Below, one piece after another: positions 15,927 to 24,095 of a stretch of 26,204 nucleotides of DNA. The notes under the pieces were generated by a model that was not told the origin of the DNA, ran no database searches, and worked only from the letters and a program-made list of their open reading frames with translations. The DNA is taken from IMG/VR virus record IMGVR_UViG_3300031965_001282, positions 1 through 26,204 of that record; one strand, 5' to 3'. The translations under genes and the position numbers were made by a program. How positions within the stretch are numbered: position 1 is the first letter of the stretch; each line of letters begins with the position of its first letter. Origin of the DNA: a virus (Duplodnaviria; Caudoviricetes).

Positions 15927-18900
15927 TCATGGCTTCGCCCCCGGAAGGGTGGACTCGTCGGGATCGGCGAAACCGGGTAGGTCCTCGAACAGGTTGCCTT
16001 GCGCGGGGGAGCCTTCGGGGAGCCTCTGGGGAGCCTCGGGCTGACGAGGCTCCCCATCCGAAGTGCTTAACCCATTGTCGGTTACAGGAGAGCGGGGAGC
16101 CTGGGGAGCCTCTGCCCCACCCCGGGGTGGCTCCGAGACAACCGGGTGGGAATCGGGAGGCGCGGCCCCCGAGCGCTCCTGCTCGCCGGGGGACTCGGAG
16201 GTCGCTCCCCGGTCGGGGGTTGGGCCATCGCTCTGGGATTCCCCTGCCGGAGAGGGCTCGACGGCCGGTTCCTCGCCGGGCCTCGCATCTCCGTCGCTGT
16301 CCGTCGTGGGAGGCTCCAGGGGTACGAGCGCGTATCGCTTGCCCTTGTGCCCGCCGTCCTCGGCGAGTTCCAGCCGGTAGCTGCCGAGGACGCACCGTTG
16401 CCGGGCCCCCAGCGCCCTGCCCAGGCGGGTCACCTGGGACTGGTCGCTTCCCTCTCCGCGCACCTCGTGAAGGAGACCCAGGTTCTGGGACAGTGAGAGC
16501 AGCTCGTTCACGCGGCGTGGCTCGGAGCCGTGGTGCTCGTACCAGGCCGCGGCGAAGCGCTGCCACTCGACGCTCTCCTCGGACTCCAGGTCGACGGCCA
16601 GAAAACCCGGGAAGCCAGCGACCGACAGGATGCCGCCGATGACGTCGCTCCACGTCTCGAAGCTCCCGATCCTCCTGGGATAACCGGGCTTTCCCTTCGC
16701 GATCCAGTTGCTGGCCAAGACCAGGATGGCGCGTACGATCTCGGAGCGATTCTTGCGGACCCAGCCCTGTAGATCGGCATGGCGGAACTCCGTCCGCTTC
16801 CACGGCTCCGCGCACCCGGCATCGAGCCGGATACGCACGCACCGCCGGGCAATCTCCCCCGACAAGCGCAGGTTGTTTCCAGTGAGGAGCCACGTGGCGC
16901 GGTTTCGGGCGGTGATCATTTGGGTGTGACCCAGGCGCCGGTCCGTCCAGAACTCGGCCGTGGTCACCGCCGAAAGCGCTGCGGAATCGACGAGTCGGTG
17001 GACGTTGTCGAGGTGGACAACAGCCGGGCCACGCTCCAGCATGGAGGTGATGCGCTTTCGGAACTCGTCGTCGTCATTCGGAATAATCTGGGCCTTGGCG
17101 CCCTGGCCTGTCGCCACGAGATGGACGATTGAGCAGAGAAGTCCCTTGCCGGTCCCTGGCGTCGGCGCATCGATGGCGTGGATCGGTGTACAGCCGTCGA
17201 TGAAGTCGCGCACGAAGTGGAGAATCAGGGCGCCGATGAAGTGGGTGCGGTCGGACTCGTCGACGAACGGGAAGTCGGAGAGCAGTTCCTCCGTCAAGAA
17301 CCAGCGTGCCCACGCGACATCCTCGGGGGATGGAACTGGCGGGACATCGACGACGACGGCATCGTGGGAATCAAAGTAGAGGGCATGCTGGCGGTGGTAT
17401 CCGAGTGTCTGGATAAGGATCCCTTCGCGAGTGAAGATGGGGCAGTTAATGATGCGTTCGAGTGGCGGCAGGTTCTTGCGCGGGAACGCCATCATGTCTT
17501 TGCAGACGTCTCGATCGGGATGGACGGGTACGTCGCCTTTCTCGCCGCCGTGGACCCAGTTCGCAGCGCGTGCAAGGTGACCGAAGACTTCGGTCTCGCT
17601 GACGTCACGCAAGCAGAGTGGAGCGGCGCCTGGCCGGACGAGTCGAGCGATCGTGTCCGAGCGCAGGAAGAGCTGCGGCGTCGGCTCGTTCCACCGCATG
17701 ATTGCTCTCCAGGCCTTCTTCACCTTGATAGGGAGCGCCACGCCGTTGACATGGATGGTGGGGAGCTTCCTGCCGCTTGCGTCGCGGCGGGACTTGCGGA
17801 GCCCACGAACCTCCGCCTGCACGGCCGTCGTCCAGTCGCGAATCGGAACCTTCCGCTTCTTCAGCTCGCGACGGAGCTTGACGTATTTGCGCTTGTCGCG
17901 GTGCTTGAGCCTGGCCGCGGCACGGAGAAAGCTCGGCTCGAACGCGACCTCGCCGTTGTCTTCGGTGATGGTCTCCAGCGTTGAAAGGACGACCGACCAG
18001 GTGCGCACCGCCGTGGACGGAAGTCCGAGCACGATGGGCGACTTGATGAACCCCCAGTGGTCGCAGGCGCTGCAACGGGTCTCGCCACCAAGGCTGCGAC
18101 GGATGTTCCGGCAGGTCCGTGGCCCGGCCGCAGAGAGCGCGTGATCGATCTTCTGATTGGTCTCGACCGGGTCGTAGCCGGGATAGGGACGGCTTGCGTC
18201 GTGGGCTGCGTCGCGGCCGTTCCTGGCGCGGGCGATGATGGAGAGAGCCCCGTACCATTCCGGCTCCGAGAGGGTGGAGGCGCCCTCGATGCAGTGCCGG
18301 AGCCAGGAGCAGCCGTCCAGGATGGGTTGGAGGTCAGGCTTGTCCTCCTCGTCTTCAGTCGCATCGAGAGCTGGCGATGGCCTGGCGGGTGGCGGCGTGC
18401 GCAAGAGGGTCTCGTCGCCGTCTTCGTGAGCGCTGCTCCGATCATCGGTAGAACGGATCTCGGCGAGGAACTGGTCGGGATCGAGCCAGTCGCCATCGAG
18501 AGTCTTGGTCCAGGCGCTCGTGAGAGCGGCTTCATCCGGAACCCTGGGGAAGAAGAAGAGGCGGCTCGCGTCCTTGCAGGCTTGATCGACGGAAGGGCCG
18601 AGAAGCTGAGCAAGGTGTCTCCAGAGACGGCCGTGCTCGTCGGGAGTGATGGGGCGGAGAAGCGGGATCACGATTCGGATCCGTGGCTTCTCGGGGGTGT
18701 GGCTGAACGTCGTGTAGACCAGGGCGAAGTGCCGGATTCGATCGAGGATCGACGGAAGATCGGAGGCCCCCAGGTGCTCAAGGTCGAAGGTGAGCGCTGT
18801 CACCCGGTCCACGAACTCGTTCTTGCGCCCCTGGTCGTGCCGGGAGAAGATGGCCGGGATGAACGCGGGTCCGTCCTTCTCACCGACGCGGTGCCGGAAG

Positions 18901-19049
18901 CGCGCCTGCAGCTCGGCGATCGTGAGGATCGCGGGGGTGAGCTTCCGCGCGCGCTTGCACGCTACCAGGGTGAGGGAGAGCGCTGGTGGGTGGGGCTCGG
19001 GAGACCCTGGTGGGGACCCCTGGGATCCATCCTGGTGATCGGTCGCCAC
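15927..19049 (-). CDS. Multidomain replicase: AEP/prim-pol domain, Cys-rich PriL-like domain, SF3-type helicase, wHTH-like region and low-complexity tail (1040 aa)
   Basis: AEP-like TFDLEH, YTTFSH..EKPRIRIVIPL and DQACKDASRLFFFP; GCSWLRHC...GPRTC...CSAC..IKSP; Walker A APTPGTGKG, Walker B VHLDNV, motif C LLTGNN and arginine finger IARRC. Confidence 0.88.
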   Translation of the reverse strand: MATDHQDGSQGSPPGSPEPHPPALSLTLVACKRARKLTPAILTIAELQARFRHRVGEKDGPAFIPAIFSRHDQGRKNEFVDRVTALTFDLEHLGASDLPSILDRIRHFALVYTTFSHTPEKPRIRIVIPLLRPITPDEHGRLWRHLAQLLGPSVDQACKDASRLFFFPRVPDEAALTSAWTKTLDGDWLDPDQFLAEIRSTDDRSSAHEDGDETLLRTPPPARPSPALDATEDEEDKPDLQPILDGCSWLRHCIEGASTLSEPEWYGALSIIARARNGRDAAHDASRPYPGYDPVETNQKIDHALSAAGPRTCRNIRRSLGGETRCSACDHWGFIKSPIVLGLPSTAVRTWSVVLSTLETITEDNGEVAFEPSFLRAAARLKHRDKRKYVKLRRELKKRKVPIRDWTTAVQAEVRGLRKSRRDASGRKLPTIHVNGVALPIKVKKAWRAIMRWNEPTPQLFLRSDTIARLVRPGAAPLCLRDVSETEVFGHLARAANWVHGGEKGDVPVHPDRDVCKDMMAFPRKNLPPLERIINCPIFTREGILIQTLGYHRQHALYFDSHDAVVVDVPPVPSPEDVAWARWFLTEELLSDFPFVDESDRTHFIGALILHFVRDFIDGCTPIHAIDAPTPGTGKGLLCSIVHLVATGQGAKAQIIPNDDDEFRKRITSMLERGPAVVHLDNVHRLVDSAALSAVTTAEFWTDRRLGHTQMITARNRATWLLTGNNLRLSGEIARRCVRIRLDAGCAEPWKRTEFRHADLQGWVRKNRSEIVRAILVLASNWIAKGKPGYPRRIGSFETWSDVIGGILSVAGFPGFLAVDLESEESVEWQRFAAAWYEHHGSEPRRVNELLSLSQNLGLLHEVRGEGSDQSQVTRLGRALGARQRCVLGSYRLELAEDGGHKGKRYALVPLEPPTTDSDGDARPGEEPAVEPSPAGESQSDGPTPDRGATSESPGEQERSGAAPPDSHPVVSEPPRGGAEAPQAPRSPVTDNGLSTSDGEPRQPEAPQRLPEGSPAQGNLFEDLPGFADPDESTLPGAKP
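16006..16111 (+). repeat. Iteron-like module A: six GGGGAGCCT 9-mers inside the 3' end of the replicase gene
   Basis: Direct copies at 16006, 16017 and 16028, inverted copy at 16047-16055, direct copies at 16094 and 16103. Gaps 2/2/10/38/0. Confidence 0.9.
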
Positions 19050-19227
19050 GACTTGGCCTCATGGGCGGCCCAGGAGGAAGGGCGACCCCCGAGGTCGTGG
19101 CTCGCCCGTAGGAAAGGCTCGGGGGCCGCCACATCCGGCCTGGGGCCGGGTTCAGCATTGAACGGGTGGCGAGCCAGCGCTCGACTACTGACCCCTCAAC
19201 CTACGCCGTTTGGGACCCCGGACTATC

Positions 19228-19257
19228 TACAGAACTCTTGATATCAGGAGTTCTGTA
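19228..19257. repeat. 30-bp near-perfect palindrome, candidate operator or recombination site
   Basis: TACAGAACTCTTGATATCAGGAGTTCTGTA equals its reverse complement except for one T/G pair. It is intergenic and AT-rich for this window. Confidence 0.85.
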
Positions 19258-19267
19258 TGGAGATCTG

Positions 19268-20302
19268 TCATGTGTCAGGAGTCGCGCGGGGATCGACCAT
19301 TCGCCAGCCCGTGTTCCTGGGGCTTGTTGTTGGGGGCGGGTCGAGGATCGCCCCCCAGAAGCGGCCGGTTCTTTCTCGCTTGATGAGATCCTTGAGGGCG
19401 CGAGACGCCGCAATCCCGCTGCTGTACCTGGCGTGCTTGGCGATCTGGCCATTGAGGAGACGAGTGCCAGGCGCTTTGACGAGGTGAGAGCGGAGGAGCT
19501 GGAGAGCGACGACGATGGAGCCACCGGAGAGCTGCGGTTTCCGAAGGCGGTCGCGGTGCCAAATGCTGCGCGAGTCAACAATCCATACCGCATCGGCCTC
19601 GAAGAGAAGAGGGACCTGCTTGACCATGGCAAACTCCTTTGCGCCAAAGTCAGAGGACCGGAGGTCCTTGGTTGATCGGCTGTCGCTGGTGCCCGACGTG
19701 CCTTCCGTGGTGGTCGTGCCCGATGCCGCCATCGGGGAAACGGGCCTCGGGTTCCGTTTGCCGTGTGGAGGACGCCACTCATTTCCAAGGTACTGGTTGA
19801 GTTGCTTGAAGAACGTCAGGATGCCGAGTTCGGAGTCACGGTGGTCGCCCTTTCCATCCCACTTGCCGAGCGCCCCTCTGGCGGCCTTGAGCAACTTCAA
19901 GACTGTCTTCACTGGAGCGCCGTCGATGGTCCGCTTCCAGATGCGTTCGGCTGCCTCTACGCCAGCGCCCGCGTCGGGGATGGGTTTCTCATCGAGGACT
20001 TTCGCGCCAGGCCAAACGCTCCAGGCCGCCGCAGCGTCCGCGATCAGGGGAGCCCATTCCTGAGAGGAGATCAAGACTTCCCGGGGGTTCTCGTCGAAGG
20101 GATCATGCGTTGGCCTGTCCTTTGTACCCCGGGCAGCCAGCGCGACCGCGTCCTGGGTCCGTTGCATCATCTTCGCAAGCTGCGAGCGTTCCTTCTCCTC
20201 GGCCTCCCTCGTTGCCCGATCTCGATCCCGCTTCTCCCGGAGGTCGGCGAATTCGTCGGGCTGGAGGTCTTGGCTCTTCCTGGTCTTCTTCTTGCGTGGC
20301 AT
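19268..20302 (-). CDS. Hypothetical protein, basic N-terminus and possible C-terminal HTH (344 aa)
   Basis: GGAGGG RBS before ATG 20302 (MPRKKKTRK...). It fills the gap between the replicase and the divergent MTase. No family recognised. Confidence 0.7.
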   Translation of the reverse strand: MPRKKKTRKSQDLQPDEFADLREKRDRDRATREAEEKERSQLAKMMQRTQDAVALAARGTKDRPTHDPFDENPREVLISSQEWAPLIADAAAAWSVWPGAKVLDEKPIPDAGAGVEAAERIWKRTIDGAPVKTVLKLLKAARGALGKWDGKGDHRDSELGILTFFKQLNQYLGNEWRPPHGKRNPRPVSPMAASGTTTTEGTSGTSDSRSTKDLRSSDFGAKEFAMVKQVPLLFEADAVWIVDSRSIWHRDRLRKPQLSGGSIVVALQLLRSHLVKAPGTRLLNGQIAKHARYSSGIAASRALKDLIKRERTGRFWGAILDPPPTTSPRNTGWRMVDPRATPDT

Positions 20303-20440
20303 TGGTTGTCCCTCCGTGGGCCGTGCGCGTTGCTCCCCCCTCTGATCACCATTGGGCCGGATTCTTGGCCGGTTTCCACCCACAACCCGGGGGCTTCGGT
20401 GGAACTGCAACCGGCGCCCTGGCCGGGGTGAGAACCTCCG

Positions 20441-20521
20441 TGATATACTGGAGGCCAAGTTTGAGATCAACTCCAAGCGGCCCCCACCCCCTGGGGCCAT
20501 CAATTCCAAGCCAACTCCAAG
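20441..20521 (+). promoter_or_regulatory. Candidate extended -10 promoter followed by three phased CAAYTCCAAG repeats
   Basis: TGaTATACT at 20441-20449. CAACTCCAAG at 20468, CAATTCCAAG at 20501 and CAACTCCAAG at 20512 (offsets 33 and 11 nt), in the divergent intergenic region. Confidence 0.55.
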
Positions 20522-20561
20522 ACGACGTCCATCCCCTGTCACCACTGGGAGGAGTTTGGCC

Positions 20562-21959
20562 ATGGAAACTGGCGTGCCCCGCCTTCGGACCCGCAGGGTC
20601 CCCCTCGACGCTCTTCACCTCGACCCGAGCAACGCCCGCCACCACCCCGAGGAGAACCTCGATGCGATCGTGGCGAGCCTCCGGAGGTTCGGGCAAGCAG
20701 AGCCCCTCGTCGTTCAGAAGGCCACGGGCCGCATCATCGGTGGCAACGGCCGCTGGGTCGCGATGAAGAAGCTCGGCTGGACCGAGGCCGAGGTGGTGGA
20801 ACTCGACGTCGACGACTTGACGGCCACGGCCCTCGGGATCGCGCTCAACCGGACAGGGGAGCTTGCGACCTGGGACGAGCAGACCCTCGCCCGGCTCCTC
20901 CAGGAGCTGAAGGACGAGGGAGCGCTCGATGGGGTGGGGTACTCGGAGAGCGACCTCGACGCGCTCCTCGACGAGATCCAGGCCGACCTCGGGCCCGCAG
21001 AGGTCACCGAGGATGCGGTCCCGGAGCCTCCCGACGAGGCGACGACACGGTCAGGCGATCTCTGGCTCTTGGGCGACCATCGAGTTCTGTGCGCCGATAG
21101 CGCACGGGCAGAGGACGTTGACCGATTGCTCGCTGGCGCTCCCATTCACTTTTGCAACACGGATCCTCCCTACGGCGTTCGCGTTGAGCCGAGGAGTAAC
21201 AACGCGATCGCCGCCGGGCTCTCCTCGTTCAAGGGCACGACGCACCACCAGAAGCTCGATCTCGCACGCCATCCCGACAAGTCGAAACCGACGAGCAGGA
21301 AGCTGCGTGCGAAGGACCGACCGCTCGCGAACGATTTCCTGACGGGCGAGGACTTTAACAAGCTCCTTCGCGCCTGGTTCGGCAACATCGCGCGCGTGCT
21401 ACTGCCGGGGCGCTGTTTCTTGATCTGGGGTGGGTATTCGAACCTTGGCAGCTATCCCGGACCCCTCGCAGCAGCCGGGCTCTACTTCTCGCAGGGAATC
21501 GTCTGGGTCAAAGAGCATCCTGTTCTGACGCGGAAAGATTTCCTCGGGAATTTCGAACTCGGATTCTACGGATGGCGTGAGGGCGCAGCCCACGTCTTCC
21601 TCGGGCCGAACAACGCGACCGATGTGTGGTCGGTCCGCAAGGTGAACCCGCAGTCGATGATTCATTTGACGGAAAAGCCCGTCGAACTTGCGGCGAGGGC
21701 GATCCAGTACGGATCGCGGAAGCACGAGAACATCCTCGATCTCTTCGGCGGCAGCGGCTCCACCCTCATCGCAGCGGAGCAGACGGGCCGCAAGGCATTC
21801 CTCATGGAGCTGGATCCGCTCTACACGGATGTGATCTGCCTGCGATGGCAGAAGCTCACGGGCAGGAACGCGACTCTCGACGGTGACGGCCGATGTTTCG
21901 AGAGCATCAAGGCGGAGCGGCTGGGAACTGAGGAGGACGCACCGTGCTCTACTGGCTGA
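20562..21959 (+). CDS. ParB-like N-terminal domain fused to a beta-class N6A/N4C DNA methyltransferase, phage type (465 aa)
   Basis: LHLDPSNARHH..SLRRFGQAEPLVV..IIGGNGRW..ALN (ParB-N); GDLWLLGDHRVLCADS, TDPPY (motif IV) before HLTEKPVEL and LDLFGGSGSTL (motif I). GGAGGAG RBS before ATG 20562. Confidence 0.93.
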   Translation: METGVPRLRTRRVPLDALHLDPSNARHHPEENLDAIVASLRRFGQAEPLVVQKATGRIIGGNGRWVAMKKLGWTEAEVVELDVDDLTATALGIALNRTGELATWDEQTLARLLQELKDEGALDGVGYSESDLDALLDEIQADLGPAEVTEDAVPEPPDEATTRSGDLWLLGDHRVLCADSARAEDVDRLLAGAPIHFCNTDPPYGVRVEPRSNNAIAAGLSSFKGTTHHQKLDLARHPDKSKPTSRKLRAKDRPLANDFLTGEDFNKLLRAWFGNIARVLLPGRCFLIWGGYSNLGSYPGPLAAAGLYFSQGIVWVKEHPVLTRKDFLGNFELGFYGWREGAAHVFLGPNNATDVWSVRKVNPQSMIHLTEKPVELAARAIQYGSRKHENILDLFGGSGSTLIAAEQTGRKAFLMELDPLYTDVICLRWQKLTGRNATLDGDGRCFESIKAERLGTEEDAPCSTG

Positions 21960-22195
21960 TGGCGGTGCTCTCGCTCGTCGGAGTCGTGCTGAACATCCAC
22001 GGCTACAGGGTGTGCTTTGTCTTGTGGGCCATCACCAACGCCATGTGGGCCGTCGCCGACTACCGGCACGGTCTTCCGCAGCAGGCGGCACTCCAGGGCG
22101 TGTACTTCCTCTTGAGTCTCTACGGGATCTGGAAGTGGAGCCGGCCTCGCAGCCAGACGGGGTCGGCTTCTCCTTCCACGGAGACGGCTTCATGA
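21944..22195 (+). CDS. Small three-helix membrane protein, PnuC/nicotinamide-riboside-transporter-like half module (83 aa)
   Basis: WLMAVLSLVGVVLNI...CFVLWAITNAMW...LQGVYFLLSLYGIWKW resembles the PnuC repeat. AGGAGG RBS before GTG 21944 and ATGA overlap with terL. Confidence 0.7.
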   Translation: MLYWLMAVLSLVGVVLNIHGYRVCFVLWAITNAMWAVADYRHGLPQQAALQGVYFLLSLYGIWKWSRPRSQTGSASPSTETAS

Positions 22196-23457
22196 CGACC
22201 ACCACGCCGCTCTTTAACAAGGTCGCATTCTTCCAGGACGCCGGCTACGCCCCGCATCCCGGCCAGCAGCTCGTGCACGACTCGAATGCACCCCGTCGTG
22301 TACTGGCTGCCGGAACGAGGTGGGGCAAGAGCCGTGCGGCTGCGATGGAGGCGCTCGCCGCCTGCATGGAGCCGCGCGACCGATCCTACGGCTGGGTCTG
22401 CGCGCCGACCTACGAACTGGCCGACAAGGTCTACAGAGAGATCGCCCTCGTCGCCGCCGAGCGACTGCGCCACCGTCTCGTTCTTCTCCGCGAGAGCGAC
22501 AAGAGACTCGTCGTTCGCAATCTCGCAGGAGGGACATCCGAGATCCGGGCGAAGTCGGCGGACAACCCCGTGAGCCTTCTCGGTGAGGGGCTCGACTGGG
22601 TGATCGTCGACGAGGCGGCACGCTTGAAGCCGGCGATCTGGGAAGGTCATCTCTCACAGAGACTACTCGACAAGAGGGGATGGGCCCTGTTGATCTCCAC
22701 GCCAAAAGGGAAGGGCTGGTTCTACGATGCCTTCCGCCGGGGCCAGGGAGACGACCCCGACTACGAGAGCTGGAACGCTCCGAGTTGGGAGAATCCGTAT
22801 CTCGATCGCTCCGTCATCGAGGCGGAGAGGGAGCGTCTCCCCGAGCGTGTGTTCCTTCAGGAGCTGGGCGGCCAGTTCCTCGAAGGCGCCGGCCAGGTGT
22901 TTCGGAACGTCCGGGACGTCGCCACCGGTCAGTGGCAGGACCCGGTTCCGGGCGAGCTGTACTACGGGGGACTCGATCTCGCGAAAGTGGAAGACTACAC
23001 CGTCCTCGTTTTCGCCAACACTCGGCGCGAGGTCGTGTTCGCCGATCGTTTCCACCGCCTCGACTGGGCACTCCAGGTGGAGCGCATCAAGGCGGCGGTC
23101 GATCGCTACGGTGGGAGCGTGATCGTCACGGTGGACAGCACCGGGAAAGGGGAGCCCGTCTATGAACAGCTCCGTATGGCCGGGCTTGCCTGTCGTGCGT
23201 ATCCGTTCACCGCGCGATCAAAGGCCGACCTGATCAACAACCTCGCCATGATGATCGAGCGCGAGGAGATCACCCTCCCGCGCCCCGACCTCTGGCCGAT
23301 TGGCATCGATGAGCTGGAGAGTTTCGAGTACGCCATCACGGATGCGGGGAACGTCAAGACCGGCGCGCCGAGCGGTTGTCACGACGACACGGTCGTGGCC
23401 TTGGCGCTCGCCGTCTGGCGGCTTCGAAGGGGGGCCGGGGTCCAGCTGACGGTGTGA
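22192..23457 (+). CDS. terL: Phage terminase large subunit, ATPase + RNase H-like nuclease (421 aa)
   Basis: PHPGQ, AAGTRWGKS (Walker A), VIVDEAA (Walker B), ISTP (coupling motif), SWENPYL, GLDLA, VDSTG and HDDTVVALALA. Start ATG 22192. Confidence 0.93.
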   Translation: MTTTTPLFNKVAFFQDAGYAPHPGQQLVHDSNAPRRVLAAGTRWGKSRAAAMEALAACMEPRDRSYGWVCAPTYELADKVYREIALVAAERLRHRLVLLRESDKRLVVRNLAGGTSEIRAKSADNPVSLLGEGLDWVIVDEAARLKPAIWEGHLSQRLLDKRGWALLISTPKGKGWFYDAFRRGQGDDPDYESWNAPSWENPYLDRSVIEAERERLPERVFLQELGGQFLEGAGQVFRNVRDVATGQWQDPVPGELYYGGLDLAKVEDYTVLVFANTRREVVFADRFHRLDWALQVERIKAAVDRYGGSVIVTVDSTGKGEPVYEQLRMAGLACRAYPFTARSKADLINNLAMMIEREEITLPRPDLWPIGIDELESFEYAITDAGNVKTGAPSGCHDDTVVALALAVWRLRRGAGVQLTV

Positions 23458-23736
23458 CAGGCCGCTGGCGCGGCCCGGGCCGGAGCTGGCCCGCAGCTCC
23501 CGGGGGGACAACAGAAAGGGCTTCCCAGGCACAAGGCATGCCCTTTCAGAAACCAAAAAAGACGTGAGAATCAGTCCAGCATCATGACGGTTTACTGAGG
23601 CTGTAGAACCAAGAAATGCTTGGATCATGGTTTGGGTGGTGATAGGGCTCAACCGAGGGGTCCAGGATGAAACGGTGGCGCACGGCCCAGGCCCAGGGCC
23701 GCGGCTGGATCGCAAGACCGTGGAAGCGGGTGCCAC

Positions 23737-23852
23737 GGGGAGCCTTTCGGGCGTTCCGGGGAGCCTCTGGGGAGCCTTGGCCCTCTGAGGCTCCCCGACA
23801 TAAGTCAATTACAGATAGGAACTTCCACGATGCTTGGGAGCCTGGGGAGCCT
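23737..23852 (+). repeat. Iteron-like module B: six (G/T)GGGAGCCT 9-mers, intergenic
   Basis: Direct copies at 23737, 23758 and 23769, inverted copy at 23788-23796, direct copies at 23835 (TGGGAGCCT) and 23844. Gaps 12/2/10/38/0. Confidence 0.9.
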
Positions 23853-23978
23853 CTTCCCGGACCTACGCGCACGCGGAAACATGTCTCCGGCCCCCTGGTG
23901 ACGCTCGGTGGAAGCGCCCCTGTGGTAGCCCACCTCTCTTCTCATCGTGTTTCCGGGGGTGAGCCCTGGACCCCGTAG

Positions 23979-24095
23979 AGGCTCCCCAGGCTCCCCGTGA
24001 TCGCACAAATGGCTTGTTGGCAAGAGGTTGTGATGGGGAGCCTCTGACACCAGAGGCTCCCCAGAGGCTCCCCAAATGTCCCGCCGAGGCTCCCT
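23979..24095 (-). repeat. Iteron-like module C, inverted relative to module B
   Basis: On +: AGGCTCCCC at 23979 and 23988, GGGGAGCCT at 24035, AGGCTCCCC at 24054 and 24065, AGGCTCCCT at 24087. Read on - the gaps are 13/2/10/38/0. Confidence 0.9.

Noticed and set aside
15589-15930. ORF starting at the ATGA overlap with the replicase stop (MIAPPTTPPARCRS...)
   Set aside because: It is Pro/Arg-rich, runs out of frame ~200 nt into the DUF669 gene and has no recognisable motif.
14717-19241. Long + strand ORFs opposite the replication operon (14717..16642, 17178..17984, 18057..19241)
   Set aside because: Antisense shadows of the minus-strand genes, with no family motifs.
16006-24095. GGGGAGCCT modules as CRISPR, REP or transposon terminal repeats
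   Set aside because: The units are only 9 bp with mixed orientation and fixed unequal gaps. No transposase or target-site duplication was seen, and they are confined to three clusters.
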